Of a DNA stretch of 64,000 nucleotides, positions 52,569-63,820 are shown piece by piece (positions within the stretch are counted from its first letter, which is position 1; each line of letters opens with the position of its first letter). The notes under the pieces were generated by a model. That model had not been told where the DNA came from and searched no databases. It saw only the letters and a list, made by a program, of their open reading frames with translations. The DNA comes from Histomonas meleagridis 2922-C6/04-290x. Its lineage: Eukaryota > Protista > Parabasalia. The position numbers and the translations under genes are program-made. The stretch lies in the NCBI GenBank assembly GCA_020184695.1, contig JAANOX010000207.1, positions 293,819 through 357,818 of the forward strand. Reading direction: 5' to 3'.

Positions 52569-55370
52569 TTACAACACGTCGTCCATAATTTTAATTTTCA
52601 TACGAGGAATTTGTTCTATTTCATCCTTTTCTTTCTTTTTATGTAAAAATAAAACGAACAAAATAATTGATGTGATTATTGCTATCGCAACAATTGGGAC
52701 TAAAATAAATAACAAATATTTATTATTATTATCATTACTTGATTCTTCATAAGTTATGTAACGACTGCATTTATTTTTTAATTCATCACTGAAGACAATG
52801 CTCAGACCTTTCCATAATTCATTTGTATTATTTTTATTATAATTATTATAATATTCTTCTTTTAAACAAAGGCTTAAGTTTTCCGAATCATTAAAAACAT
52901 TTTCATTAAAATCTTCAGGAGGATTTGCACCCAAAAGAATAACATTTAAATTTTTACAATCATTAAATATATTTGTAGAGTTAATAGAAACAGTGTTTAA
53001 ACTTATCAAAGAAATATATTCCAAATTAACACAACCTGAAAATTGATAATCGCCACTAAAACTTGTAACATGATTAAGTGTAACATTTCTCAGTGATGTA
53101 CAATTCATAAAACAATGTGAAGGTACTGTGCCTAAACCGCTAAATGAAATACTTATAATATTAACGCAATTTAAAAATGCGTATTCACCAATGTCTGTTA
53201 GTTTATTTAATTGGACTGTTTCTAATGAAGTACAATATTCGAATGTGTTTGTACCATAAATTCTATTTAAAGAAGGCAGATTTAAATAACGTAATGAAGT
53301 ACAATGTGAAAATTCATATCCAAAACCTGTTCTCACTGTAGATTTTAATTCAGGTAAAATAACACGAGTTAAATTAGTACAATTATAAAATGAATAACTA
53401 TCTAATGTTAACAAACTTCGTAATGAAACATATTCTAAACTTATCATATTTCTAAATAAATTTATTGATATATTATTTAATGAATTCATAGATATATGTG
53501 TTAATGAATTACAATTTATTGCAATTGGTCCTTTAGTAATAGTTGTAACTGAACTTAAATTTAATTCTTTAAGTGATCCACAATTAAGAAATGCGGTATT
53601 GGTAATTTTTGTAGCATTTGGTAATGTAACTTTATAAATTAATGGACAATCACAGATAAAATGTTCGCTAACTTCTTCAAGATTTGGTAAATAAATTGTT
53701 TCTATTTTATTACAAGAATGTATTAATTCTTTATCAAACCTTTTAAGCATTGGCAATTTAATATTAATTAAATTAGTGCATTGATAAAATGAACATTTAC
53801 CAATTTTGTTAAGTTTTGGTAATTCAATTTCAACTACTTTATCACATTTATATAAAAAATAATCTCCAATAATCTTAACATTAGGAAAGTTAATTGTTTC
53901 AACTATATCATTAGCATACGTAAATGCATTTGAACCTATTTCAGTTAATTTACCAAATTCGAAATGTGTAGTATCGACACAAGATATGAAATAGTCTTTT
54001 GCAATCCGTAAGTTTGGTAAATTTAGATATTTTAATCGAGTTGAATTAGCAAATGGATTATTTCCTATTTTTTCAAGTTTAGGTAAAGTTAAATTTACGA
54101 GATTTGGAATATTTGCAAATGCATAATCAGAACATGATGTTAATTCAGGAAGATAAATATTAGTAATTTTTTCACACCCTTTAAATATGTTTTGACCACA
54201 ACTTTTAAGAACTGGTAAATTTATTTCTTCGAAATATGTATATTCAAAAACATTATTTCCGATTTTTTCACATTTTGGAAATTCCATTGATCCGTTTTGT
54301 GATTGTGAATGAGAAAATGCATAATCATCAATAAAAAGAATATCTAATTCACTTAATACTTGACCAGAAACACTCGTTTGTTGAAATGAATATTTTCCAA
54401 TTTCTTTAATATTTGGGATTGAAATTGAAAATCCTTGTTTAAAGCCTGTAAATAAACTATCAGGAATTTTAGTTAAATTGGTTAATCGAATACTCTCTAA
54501 GATAATACATTTTCGAATAAATGGTCCAGATGCATTTACAAGAGTGGGTAATGATAGTCTCTTTAAGTTAATGTTTTCGGTGAAAACACCTTCCGATATC
54601 CTCTCAATTTTTGGAAGGGAAACATCAGACAATGAATAGCAATATTCAAAAGAATAGTTTTGAACATCAGTAACATTTGGAAAAGAAATAGATTGAAGAT
54701 TAAAACAGTGAGAAAACATGTATGGAGAAATGACATTAATTTTGGAGAAAGTTATTGAATTAAGACTAACACAATACGAAAATGTATGATCGCCACTTGA
54801 TATTAACATGGGAAAATCGATTCTTTGAAGATAGGCGCAACCATAGAATGCATATGGTTCAATTTTTTTTAGATTTGGAAGTGATAAAGAGACGATGCTT
54901 TTACACATTTCGAATGCATAAGAATTTATGAACTCTAAGGTAGGAGCTTCGAAAGTTTTCAAATTAACACATTGCACAAACGTATTAGATGCGATATTTG
55001 AAATATTTGAAAAATTAACGTTTTTCAAATTTTGAAATAATTTGAAATATATATCAACAGTATCTAATCTAAAACCTATATTGATTCCTTCTATTTGATT
55101 AAAATAATACATCTTAGTCTTGAAATCAACATAGTCTTTAATACGAACATTATTTGATATATAAATATCCTTAACATATTCACACCAACTGGCAGTCTCA
55201 ACGCCATCCAAGATAAGATCTCCGCTGAGTATTTCGATGGAAATTTTGGAGGTCACAGTTAAATTAGCACTATTGAATGCACTTACTAAGGTTTCGCCTG
55301 TTACGTGAATGCTTTTGTTGATAGTGATTTCGATTTCAGAGAATGCAAGAAAAGGAAAAAGCAAAAACAT
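52569..55370 (-). CDS. BspA-type LRR surface protein with a C-terminal TM
   Basis: Signal peptide, many LPxLxxIxxxAFxxCxxL repeats, and TM LFILVPIVAIAIITSIILFVLFL. Confidence 0.9.
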   Translation of the reverse strand: MFLLFPFLAFSEIEITINKSIHVTGETLVSAFNSANLTVTSKISIEILSGDLILDGVETASWCEYVKDIYISNNVRIKDYVDFKTKMYYFNQIEGINIGFRLDTVDIYFKLFQNLKNVNFSNISNIASNTFVQCVNLKTFEAPTLEFINSYAFEMCKSIVSLSLPNLKKIEPYAFYGCAYLQRIDFPMLISSGDHTFSYCVSLNSITFSKINVISPYMFSHCFNLQSISFPNVTDVQNYSFEYCYSLSDVSLPKIERISEGVFTENINLKRLSLPTLVNASGPFIRKCIILESIRLTNLTKIPDSLFTGFKQGFSISIPNIKEIGKYSFQQTSVSGQVLSELDILFIDDYAFSHSQSQNGSMEFPKCEKIGNNVFEYTYFEEINLPVLKSCGQNIFKGCEKITNIYLPELTSCSDYAFANIPNLVNLTLPKLEKIGNNPFANSTRLKYLNLPNLRIAKDYFISCVDTTHFEFGKLTEIGSNAFTYANDIVETINFPNVKIIGDYFLYKCDKVVEIELPKLNKIGKCSFYQCTNLINIKLPMLKRFDKELIHSCNKIETIYLPNLEEVSEHFICDCPLIYKVTLPNATKITNTAFLNCGSLKELNLSSVTTITKGPIAINCNSLTHISMNSLNNISINLFRNMISLEYVSLRSLLTLDSYSFYNCTNLTRVILPELKSTVRTGFGYEFSHCTSLRYLNLPSLNRIYGTNTFEYCTSLETVQLNKLTDIGEYAFLNCVNIISISFSGLGTVPSHCFMNCTSLRNVTLNHVTSFSGDYQFSGCVNLEYISLISLNTVSINSTNIFNDCKNLNVILLGANPPEDFNENVFNDSENLSLCLKEEYYNNYNKNNTNELWKGLSIVFSDELKNKCSRYITYEESSNDNNNKYLLFILVPIVAIAIITSIILFVLFLHKKKEKDEIEQIPRMKIKIMDDVL

Positions 55371-55829
55371 TTGGTTAAAATGTCGTGTTCTGTTTGGGGG
55401 GTGCCAGGCGGCTTTAACCGCAGAAAAAGAAAAAATTGAAAGAAGATTTTTTCATGGTTCCAATTATCAACGGTTATTAAATTCAAAAAATCGTTACAAC
55501 GCACCACCCCTAATTCAAACTTTTTTCAACAACTTTGCACAAAGAAGTTTGTTAAATATCATTTTAAATTAGGTTTTGACGACAACCATTTCTAAAAATT
55601 TTTCTGAGTAAATATTTTATCAATTTACTTGTAAAAGATTGAGGTCACTCAATTAGTAATTCTTATACATTAAATTAAATACATCTATTGGCTTAATTAA
55701 TATCAATTCCTTTGTGCTGCTAATTCACTCTTGTTGTTTTTGATTATTTTACATCTATTCTCTCAGAAATATAAGTGCTAAGTACCTTCTTATCATATAG
55801 AAACCGTTACCAAAATAACGTACATAAAA

Positions 55830-58800
55830 ATGAACCAAAAGAAGGAAGGGATTAACTTAAAAATTCATCATGTTCTCGGAATTAACAAATCCCAAAATAC
55901 TGGAATTTTTATGGTTAATGAAAACAGTGTCGTTTATTTTTCAGGAAATAATATTGTATTTCATAATCTTGAAACCAAAGAACAAAAATTTATTTCTTTT
56001 ACAGACTCTGAACGTGGGGACGTTGGGTGTACAGCAATGACACCAAATGGTACATTATTTGCATATGCGCTTGCATTAGAAGCTTCGATTATTCATATAA
56101 TTGATCTTCAAAATTGGACTCTAAAAAAATTAATTACACTTCCATCTGGCCATCCACCAACTTCCTTTTCTTGTTTGGCATTTTCAACAAATGGAAAGTA
56201 TTTAATTGCCCAAAGTAATTCTTATGAATCTCTTCTTTACTATTTTGATGTGCATAGTGGTAACTTACTTGGAACACACAAATCAGCATATAATCCTAAC
56301 AGTGCAAATCCATCTAATTCACAAGTTACCCATATTTCATTCAATCCGAATGACTTTAATACAATATGTTGTACTGGCACTGGAGTTTTCCGTCAACTTA
56401 TGCGTAGTGATAGAGGTTTTACTGTTAAACAAGGATCATTAACGAATAAAGATACAATTGATTTTGAAGGGCATATTTGGACATCAGACGGACGCTTAGT
56501 TATTGCAACTACATCAGATGGCCGTGTTGTTTCTATTGACAATTCATCACTTTTGATCAATATCAACATTAATAATCCTACCGGAAAAGTCATTACACAT
56601 CTTACCACGACTCCTAAAGGGTTTGTCTGTGTTACCAATGGCAATTTCCTTCATTTTTTTGAGCGCTCAGGTGAAAAAAGTTTTGTTGAAATTAATTCAA
56701 TTCAAGTTGATGAAAAGGAGACAATAATATCAATATCCATTGCTCAAACAGATGATCATATCATTTGTCTTTTATCAGATTCACGTTTATTATCAATTCC
56801 ATTAACATCATCAGAATCATCAAGTCAAGATATTCAAACGATTAAAACACTTCTTCCATCATTACATAATGGGCCTATAACATGTCTTGATGTAGCGTAT
56901 CGAAAACAATTAATTGTTTCATGTGGTGAAGATAATTCTATTCGAGTCTGGAATTATGAGAAAATGCAATGCATTATTAATAAAACATTTTCCGATCAAC
57001 CATTAAGTGTCTCATTTCATCCTGATGGCCGAACATTAATTTCCGGCTTTACAGAGAAACTTAAATATATGACAATAACAATTGATGATATAGTTACACA
57101 TCGAGAATTCCCAATTAGAGGATGTCGTGAATGTAAATTTTCACATGGCGGCCAATATTTTGCAGCAGTTCATGCTAATAATATACAAATATATTCTTCA
57201 TATACATTTAAAAGTATTGCAAATTTACGAAGTAGTGGACAACGAATTAAAACTATCGTTTTTTCTACTGATGATAATTCACTTATAGCATGTGATACTA
57301 ATGGTACAATATCAGTATATATTATACGTACTGGTAAACAAAGGATTACAAGTAATTTACAAAATTATTATGTGAATTCGATTGTTTGTATTGATTCGAT
57401 GGGTTCAAAATGTTATGGAATAACTTTACCTGATAATACATTATGTGAATTAGAAGATGTAGTAACAACAAAAAATAAAATCGATTTAATTGTAACTCCT
57501 TGTCAATTAGTATTAGGACCAAATAATAAATGTTTTTTCGTATCTACTAATAATGGTACAATTCGAATATATAATTTCCTTAATTCTTCTAATAATAATG
57601 GTAATAATTTCCCTACTTCTGATGGAATGATTGAATTAATTTTACATCATTCAACTATAACATCATTAGCTATTTCACCAGATAACAATTATTTGTTTAG
57701 TTCTGGTGAAGATGGTTGTATTTATATATTAAAAATTATTAATAATGAACAACAAACTTCAAAAGTTGATCCGAAGATACAATTTAATGAAGATATATTA
57801 ATATCGAAAAATGAATTTATTGAACAAATTCGAAATCTACGAAAAGCACAACAAGATGTAATTGATTTAGAGAACCAACAAAAGTTTCAATTGTTATCAT
57901 TACAACAAGGATTAAAACAAAAGCGGAAAGAAAACAAACAAAAATATTTAGAAGATGAACAATCAGATTTAGCGAATATTAATGAGTTAAATAAACAAAT
58001 AATTACAATGAATGAAGATGCTGAAAATCAACGAATATCAATCGAGACTCAATTTAAACAAGACATACAAAATAGACAAAATCGATTTGAAATGAATATG
58101 GCAAATGAAGAAGAACAACAGAAACAATTAAAAGAAGAAATTATACAAGCAGAAATAAATGGCAAAAATGAATATGAAAAAATATTAAAACAAAATGAAT
58201 TAGAAATAAATCAAAATAAAGAAGAATTTGAAAAAGAATTTCAAAAACTTGAACAAGCAAAAAATGATATCATTCAAGAGAAAAAGAATTTAAAAGAAGA
58301 ATTTAATCAATGGGAAATTAAAGTTGGTAATGAATTAGCATTCGAAATTGGCAAACGAAAATTCGAAGCTGAACAAAAGTCTTATGTTGATAAAGAACAA
58401 ACTAAAGGCTTAATCGAAAAATGTAAAAAAATCGAAACAGAACTTGAACAAGCACGAAAAAATGTTGAAACAGGTAAAGCTGGTTTAAACAAACAAGCGC
58501 AAGTTGTCACAGAATTAAAAGATCAAATTATTAAAGCGCAATCAGAAAAAGAACATTTACAACGTGAACTTGAAGAACGGAAAAATAGTATTAATGAGAA
58601 AGATATTCAAATTGAAGATTTAACAAATCAAAATGTGAATTTAGAAAAACATCGCCAATTAATAAAAGATCGAATTTCTAATTGGAAAAGTAAACTTGAA
58701 CCACTTCAAGTCCAACAACAAGATATATCGATCACATATCAAAAGATGAAACAAGAGCAACAACGATATCAAAAGAATGAAGAACAATTAAAGTTTGAGA

Positions 58801-59435
58801 TCAATGAATTACGTCTTAAAATCAATGCGAAACGAGCCGAAATTGAAACACGCAATAAACAACTTGAAGAAATACGTCAAATTACACGACAATTTAAAAT
58901 CGAAGTACATAATGTTCATCAAATCTTATTACAAGATGAAGCTAATAAAAATGATCAAATGAAACGAAAAGAGTTTCCACATGCATTAGCTGCGTTATAT
59001 CGGAAGTATGTTGGAGGCGAATCATCTAAAACTCATTCATTAGGACAACAAGTGAATGATAAACAAATAGAACGAAATAGAGAAAGAGATGCGCTCGAAA
59101 GAAATATCACTGCTATAGCTAAAAGTATGTCGAGAAGTAATGAAGAACATAATCGACAATATAATCGAATCATGGAAGAAAATGTGATGTTAATGAATCA
59201 AATTAGTGAACTAAGAAGACAAAATGAAATTTTGGATAAAAGAAAAAGATTAATGATAGAATCAAATAAATCGCAATACTCTGCTGAAGAATTAAATAAA
59301 ATATTGGAAATGCAGAAAGAAAGAATTGCGCAATTAACAGAACAATTAAAGCAATTACAATTAAGAGGAAATATTAGTAGAAGAATTCCAATATCAAGAG
59401 AAAGATTACCTCCAATGAATCCAACCCAAAATTAA
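55830..59435 (+). CDS. CFAP57: CFAP57/WDR65 flagellar WD40 and coiled-coil protein
   Basis: WD40 repeats (LHNGPITCLDVAYRKQLIVSCGEDNSIRVWNY; VSFHPDG..GFTEKL; FSHGGQYFA) followed by a long coiled coil containing IMEENVMLMNQISELR. Confidence 0.85.
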   Translation: MNQKKEGINLKIHHVLGINKSQNTGIFMVNENSVVYFSGNNIVFHNLETKEQKFISFTDSERGDVGCTAMTPNGTLFAYALALEASIIHIIDLQNWTLKKLITLPSGHPPTSFSCLAFSTNGKYLIAQSNSYESLLYYFDVHSGNLLGTHKSAYNPNSANPSNSQVTHISFNPNDFNTICCTGTGVFRQLMRSDRGFTVKQGSLTNKDTIDFEGHIWTSDGRLVIATTSDGRVVSIDNSSLLINININNPTGKVITHLTTTPKGFVCVTNGNFLHFFERSGEKSFVEINSIQVDEKETIISISIAQTDDHIICLLSDSRLLSIPLTSSESSSQDIQTIKTLLPSLHNGPITCLDVAYRKQLIVSCGEDNSIRVWNYEKMQCIINKTFSDQPLSVSFHPDGRTLISGFTEKLKYMTITIDDIVTHREFPIRGCRECKFSHGGQYFAAVHANNIQIYSSYTFKSIANLRSSGQRIKTIVFSTDDNSLIACDTNGTISVYIIRTGKQRITSNLQNYYVNSIVCIDSMGSKCYGITLPDNTLCELEDVVTTKNKIDLIVTPCQLVLGPNNKCFFVSTNNGTIRIYNFLNSSNNNGNNFPTSDGMIELILHHSTITSLAISPDNNYLFSSGEDGCIYILKIINNEQQTSKVDPKIQFNEDILISKNEFIEQIRNLRKAQQDVIDLENQQKFQLLSLQQGLKQKRKENKQKYLEDEQSDLANINELNKQIITMNEDAENQRISIETQFKQDIQNRQNRFEMNMANEEEQQKQLKEEIIQAEINGKNEYEKILKQNELEINQNKEEFEKEFQKLEQAKNDIIQEKKNLKEEFNQWEIKVGNELAFEIGKRKFEAEQKSYVDKEQTKGLIEKCKKIETELEQARKNVETGKAGLNKQAQVVTELKDQIIKAQSEKEHLQRELEERKNSINEKDIQIEDLTNQNVNLEKHRQLIKDRISNWKSKLEPLQVQQQDISITYQKMKQEQQRYQKNEEQLKFEINELRLKINAKRAEIETRNKQLEEIRQITRQFKIEVHNVHQILLQDEANKNDQMKRKEFPHALAALYRKYVGGESSKTHSLGQQVNDKQIERNRERDALERNITAIAKSMSRSNEEHNRQYNRIMEENVMLMNQISELRRQNEILDKRKRLMIESNKSQYSAEELNKILEMQKERIAQLTEQLKQLQLRGNISRRIPISRERLPPMNPTQN

Positions 59436-59594
59436 ATAAATGTTTTAAATTTGTTAATAATTTTTATTTGTCAAGATACAAATCGATTTTTTTTTTATTA
59501 AACTTTAAAAAAAAAATCCAAAACGATAAAAAAATTTGTAAAAAAAGTGTCTGGAAATATTTCGAACTTATATTCAAATTTGCAAATTAGAAAA

Positions 59595-61487
59595 ATGGGA
59601 TCAAATAAGGCCGATTTATTCAAATACTTCGACCCATCACCTTTCTTAGAACAAGATATGTTTACTAGAATTAAAGAACAAACAAATTATATACCCGTTC
59701 TAGATAAACTTTATAATTCATTTTCAAAAATCAACCAAAATTTCGAAGAAATTAAAAAAGAATTCGAAGTTGTTCATACGGTGGCAACAGAATCAAATTT
59801 CGCGAGTGGTTTTGAAGGTCTTCTTGCCTCACTTGAAACTCTTCTCGATGCTTTTAATAATGGTCTCGATCAATGTAATATGAACTTAAATATTTTCAAA
59901 TCAGTCCTTCTTCCTTCACTTGTCAAGCTTAAAACAGATTTTAATAAATCAAATAATGAATTCCAAAAAGTTATCGAAGAATATGGAGCTTTAGGTAAAG
60001 CAAAACCCGAAGTAATTTCACAGACAGAAGCTAACCTTAAAAATGTCATGTGTCAACGATCAAGTCTTTTATATGATACAATTAGTGCTTTAGAGCATTC
60101 CGAAAAATCAGCTATTCCAACAATCAACAGTGCAATCCTTAAACTTTTATATACATTCTCAAAAGCCTCACGTGAATTTCTATCTAAGAATTCCGAACTC
60201 ATTGAAAAAGCACAAGAATATATCGAAGAACAAGAGCCAATCGTTTCCAATGCGCTTAAAAACATGGGTGTTCCAACAGACAAAAACGAAGCTTATCGAA
60301 ACACAATCGATTGCTGGGAAATTCGTGAAGAAAAAGCTCCAAACAATTCAAAGGAAGTTAACGTCTCCCACATTTTATGGTATCGTAAAAATAAACGTGT
60401 TGGCGGCGGTTGGTCGAGACGATACGTTACTTTTGAGGACGGAATTCTGAACTTATACGATCCGGTAAACGGTCGAAAGGACGCATCAGTGCCTTTACAA
60501 TTAGTAACTGCAACACAAATCGAAAAAAAGAAGCGTAGGTTCTGTTTTAAGGTTCAATCACCTGAAACAACTATTTTATTACAAGCTTTTTCAGCTTTTG
60601 ATCTTGATGAATGGTTATCAATATTTGGAAATCACAATACAAAGATGATTCGAGGAGATGAACCAGTATACGACACCTCAGGGAATGTCTGTGCTGATTG
60701 TGGTGCTTCTGATGCTTCATGGTGCGCATTAAATTGGGGAACACATTTATGTCTTAAATGTTGTTCAACGCATCGACAAATGTCCACTAAGATCTCCAAG
60801 ATCCGATCAATAGTTTTAGATGACCTTCATCCATTTTATCATGATCTTCTGAAAATATTAACAAATGAATGTTCCAACAGTTTACTTATGTCTAAAACAT
60901 GTGACATAGACGTCGGTGCGCGAATGGACGAAGATATTCGTACGATGTTTGTCACACTTAAATATCAGAAAAAGCAATGGGCAACTGCCAAGCTGCCACC
61001 AGATCCATTTGAGTCCATTGAGCGCCTTGACTTTCGTGCGCTTGTCCATTCCATGAACTTTGGTCGTGCCACTGATGTATTTGAAGGAATCAAGCCGATA
61101 CATGCAGCTGCTGCCATTGGTAATCCAATCATTGTCGCCATAGCTGTAAGTTGTACTGTTGAAGTTGACGAACCTGATACCAATAAATGGACGGCGTTAT
61201 GCTATTCGATATTTTATCAGAATATCGAAACAGTAAAGTTTTTACTTGACTGCGGCGCTAAAACAAAAGAAACAGAGGTTGACTTGTTACTTATGGCAGT
61301 TGCAACAGGTAATCAGCAACTTGTTGAACTTTTCCTAGAAAATACAACAAAATCGGATTCTGAAAAAGTGCAAAAGTTTGTTCCGGCATCAACGAGATTC
61401 GCTCCTTATGGACTAAAAGAACAAAAGGAACTAATTGTGACAAACGAAACAAGAACAATTACAAGGTTACTTAGAGCCTCAAATTGA
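59595..61487 (+). CDS. ACAP/centaurin-beta-like BAR-PH-ArfGAP-ankyrin protein
   Basis: Helical N-terminus, PH (WSRRY..RRFCFKV..LDEWL), ArfGAP CADC..W..LCLKC..HR, and uninterrupted ankyrin repeats (DEPDTNKWTALCYS). ATG at 59595. Confidence 0.88.
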   Translation: MGSNKADLFKYFDPSPFLEQDMFTRIKEQTNYIPVLDKLYNSFSKINQNFEEIKKEFEVVHTVATESNFASGFEGLLASLETLLDAFNNGLDQCNMNLNIFKSVLLPSLVKLKTDFNKSNNEFQKVIEEYGALGKAKPEVISQTEANLKNVMCQRSSLLYDTISALEHSEKSAIPTINSAILKLLYTFSKASREFLSKNSELIEKAQEYIEEQEPIVSNALKNMGVPTDKNEAYRNTIDCWEIREEKAPNNSKEVNVSHILWYRKNKRVGGGWSRRYVTFEDGILNLYDPVNGRKDASVPLQLVTATQIEKKKRRFCFKVQSPETTILLQAFSAFDLDEWLSIFGNHNTKMIRGDEPVYDTSGNVCADCGASDASWCALNWGTHLCLKCCSTHRQMSTKISKIRSIVLDDLHPFYHDLLKILTNECSNSLLMSKTCDIDVGARMDEDIRTMFVTLKYQKKQWATAKLPPDPFESIERLDFRALVHSMNFGRATDVFEGIKPIHAAAAIGNPIIVAIAVSCTVEVDEPDTNKWTALCYSIFYQNIETVKFLLDCGAKTKETEVDLLLMAVATGNQQLVELFLENTTKSDSEKVQKFVPASTRFAPYGLKEQKELIVTNETRTITRLLRASN

Positions 61488-61632
61488 AAATTTTAAGTAA
61501 ATAAAAATTCGAACGATTGAATGTGAAATGATCGCTTGTATTCAAAATATTTTCGATTTCAAGAATATTTTGACATATAAATAATGTCGATCAAATTTGA
61601 TTGAATTTCGACAAAATTTTGATCACATTCAC

Positions 61633-63820
61633 ATGGAGCCAAAAGAGAATGTTGCGGTACTGAATGAAAAGTCTGATTGTGACATTCAAAATCTTCAGTT
61701 ACTTGAAAAAGCTATATTTTCTTTGGATGCGATGAATCTTGAATCATCAATACAATCCATATTAAAAATTTTTGATGCGAATTTTCCTTATTCTTTTGAA
61801 TTCATTATATGTAGATTAGTTTATTTTGCTTTTAGAGCACAAACAAAAGATTTTGATGTATATTTTCAATTTTTATTAAAATTCGATTTAGCATTACAAG
61901 CGAAACATTTTGGGTTAAAAATTATGGATATCTTCACTAACTTTCTTCTTAATATGTATTCTTGTGAATCGAATTATCTTCTTGGGAAAATGATTGAACA
62001 AAATTTAATTGATCCAAAAAATTTTACTGATAATACTCATTCGCTTTATTTTGCTCAATTCAAAACAGAAAAAAATATTGAAGAATACAAAACTTTTCAA
62101 AATAATTTACAAATTAAACTATTCTTTGATGATATTGAAGATTTGAAAGCGAACAATTGGGAATTGCATAGAAAACTTTTTCATGATGGAATTAATTCAT
62201 CTGAAATTGCTAAAGCAATTCGCTATGATAATCTTGCCGGACTTCAAGAAATATCAGCACAATCGGATTTTGATTTTGATCTGTGTGTTGGTACTTCACT
62301 TTATGAAAGATGTTCATTTGTTAATCAAGAAAATGTTACATTAATTGATTATGCAGCATATTTTGGCGCTATTAAATGTTTTAAGTATTTACTTATGAAT
62401 GGCGCAAATGTAAATAAAACAGGTAAATATGCAATTGCAGGTGGAAACATTGAAATCATTCATTTATGTGAACAAAATCATTCAACATTTGAAGATGCAT
62501 ATGAAACAGCAATTGAATTTCATCGTAATGAAATTTTTTATAATTTATATCAAAACAAAATTATTGAGAAAAAGAGTTATCTCACATTAGGAAAATATTG
62601 TATTTTATATGATAACTATGAAATATTTTCCTTTTTAAAGGATAAAATAGTAAAGCATAATAATGATGATACAAATAAATTAAATCTTTTTTTTATAGAT
62701 CAAAAAAGTTACATTGATATTATTATCAATGATGCTGTAAGGGTTGGTAATTTGTTCATTGTTAAATACTTTTTCGAAAGAAATCATTTTGCAAAAAATA
62801 TTTTCAATAAATCAGTAAAATCTGGTAATATTGAACTTATAGAATATGTTCTAAAATTTAAGGATATTATTGTACCAGACGTTATATTTAATTGATTTTT
62901 TTTGAATATATTCATTTAAAGTTTATATTATTTGTTCGATATTTTTTCTGCAATTAAAATCGCTATAGCAAAAGGTAATATTGATATAATTGAATTTATA
63001 TTACAAAAAAGAAATGAAATTCTACCACTTGATAAAAGTGAAATTTATTAATCAGATTTGAAGTTTATTCAAACTATTTTATGATTTACTTCAAGTTGCT
63101 TGTCTTAAAGGAAAAGCTGAAGTCTTAAAATTATTATTAAAAACATTCAAAATTAATGTAAATCAGAAATTTATGATATGTTTTGTTAATTTAATATTTA
63201 ATTTTATTATTTGATATTTCATTCATCCATTTTGTACTTTATTAATTTATGCTGCTGAATATAATCAAGTTGATGTTGTTAAATATTTACTTAGTAGAGA
63301 TGATATTGATGTTAATTTAATTAACATTTATTTTTATGGTTTTATGTTTGTTTTTGTTATTTGAAGTTTTAAAACATTTTTTGGAATTTAATTAAAACTT
63401 TTAATAACGCATTAATTTTAGCTGTACGAAATAGTTGTGTTGATAATGTAAAACTGTTACTTGAAAGCAAGCTAATTAATGATATTAATCATGAAAATAT
63501 TCATTTTTGTGATTTGAATTTTTATTTAATGTTTTTATGTTTTGATTTTATATTTGGAATTTGTTTAATGTTTTTTATACAGCACTTGGAAGAGCATGTG
63601 AAAAAGGTAATACAGAAATTGTTCAATTACTTCTTAAGCATGAAGGAATTGATACAAAATCTAAAAATATTTCACATTTATATTTAGAGATTGCTTTGCA
63701 CATTTTATATTCATTTTTATTGTTTGGCGTTTATTATATTTATTTTTGTCTCCAAAAGAAATTGCTGAAAGATCGGGTAACATTGAAATTGTAAAATTGC
63801 TTGATGAGGCTAATGAATAA
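61633..63820 (+). CDS. DUF3447-type ankyrin-repeat protein (locus B), predicted 615 aa after removing twenty 17-nt spacers
   Basis: The ORF to 62880 is a paralog of locus C. Six further ankyrin modules start at 62947, 63083, 63236, 63406, 63579 and 63749. 2188 - 340 = 1848 nt = 616 codons. Confidence 0.8.

Noticed and set aside
2583-61183. Numerous short antisense or overlapping ORFs in the track (for example 2583-2801, 7149-7334, 11477-12113, 42820-43558, 60053-61183)
   Set aside because: They are shadows of well-supported genes on the other strand or frame, with no independent motifs.
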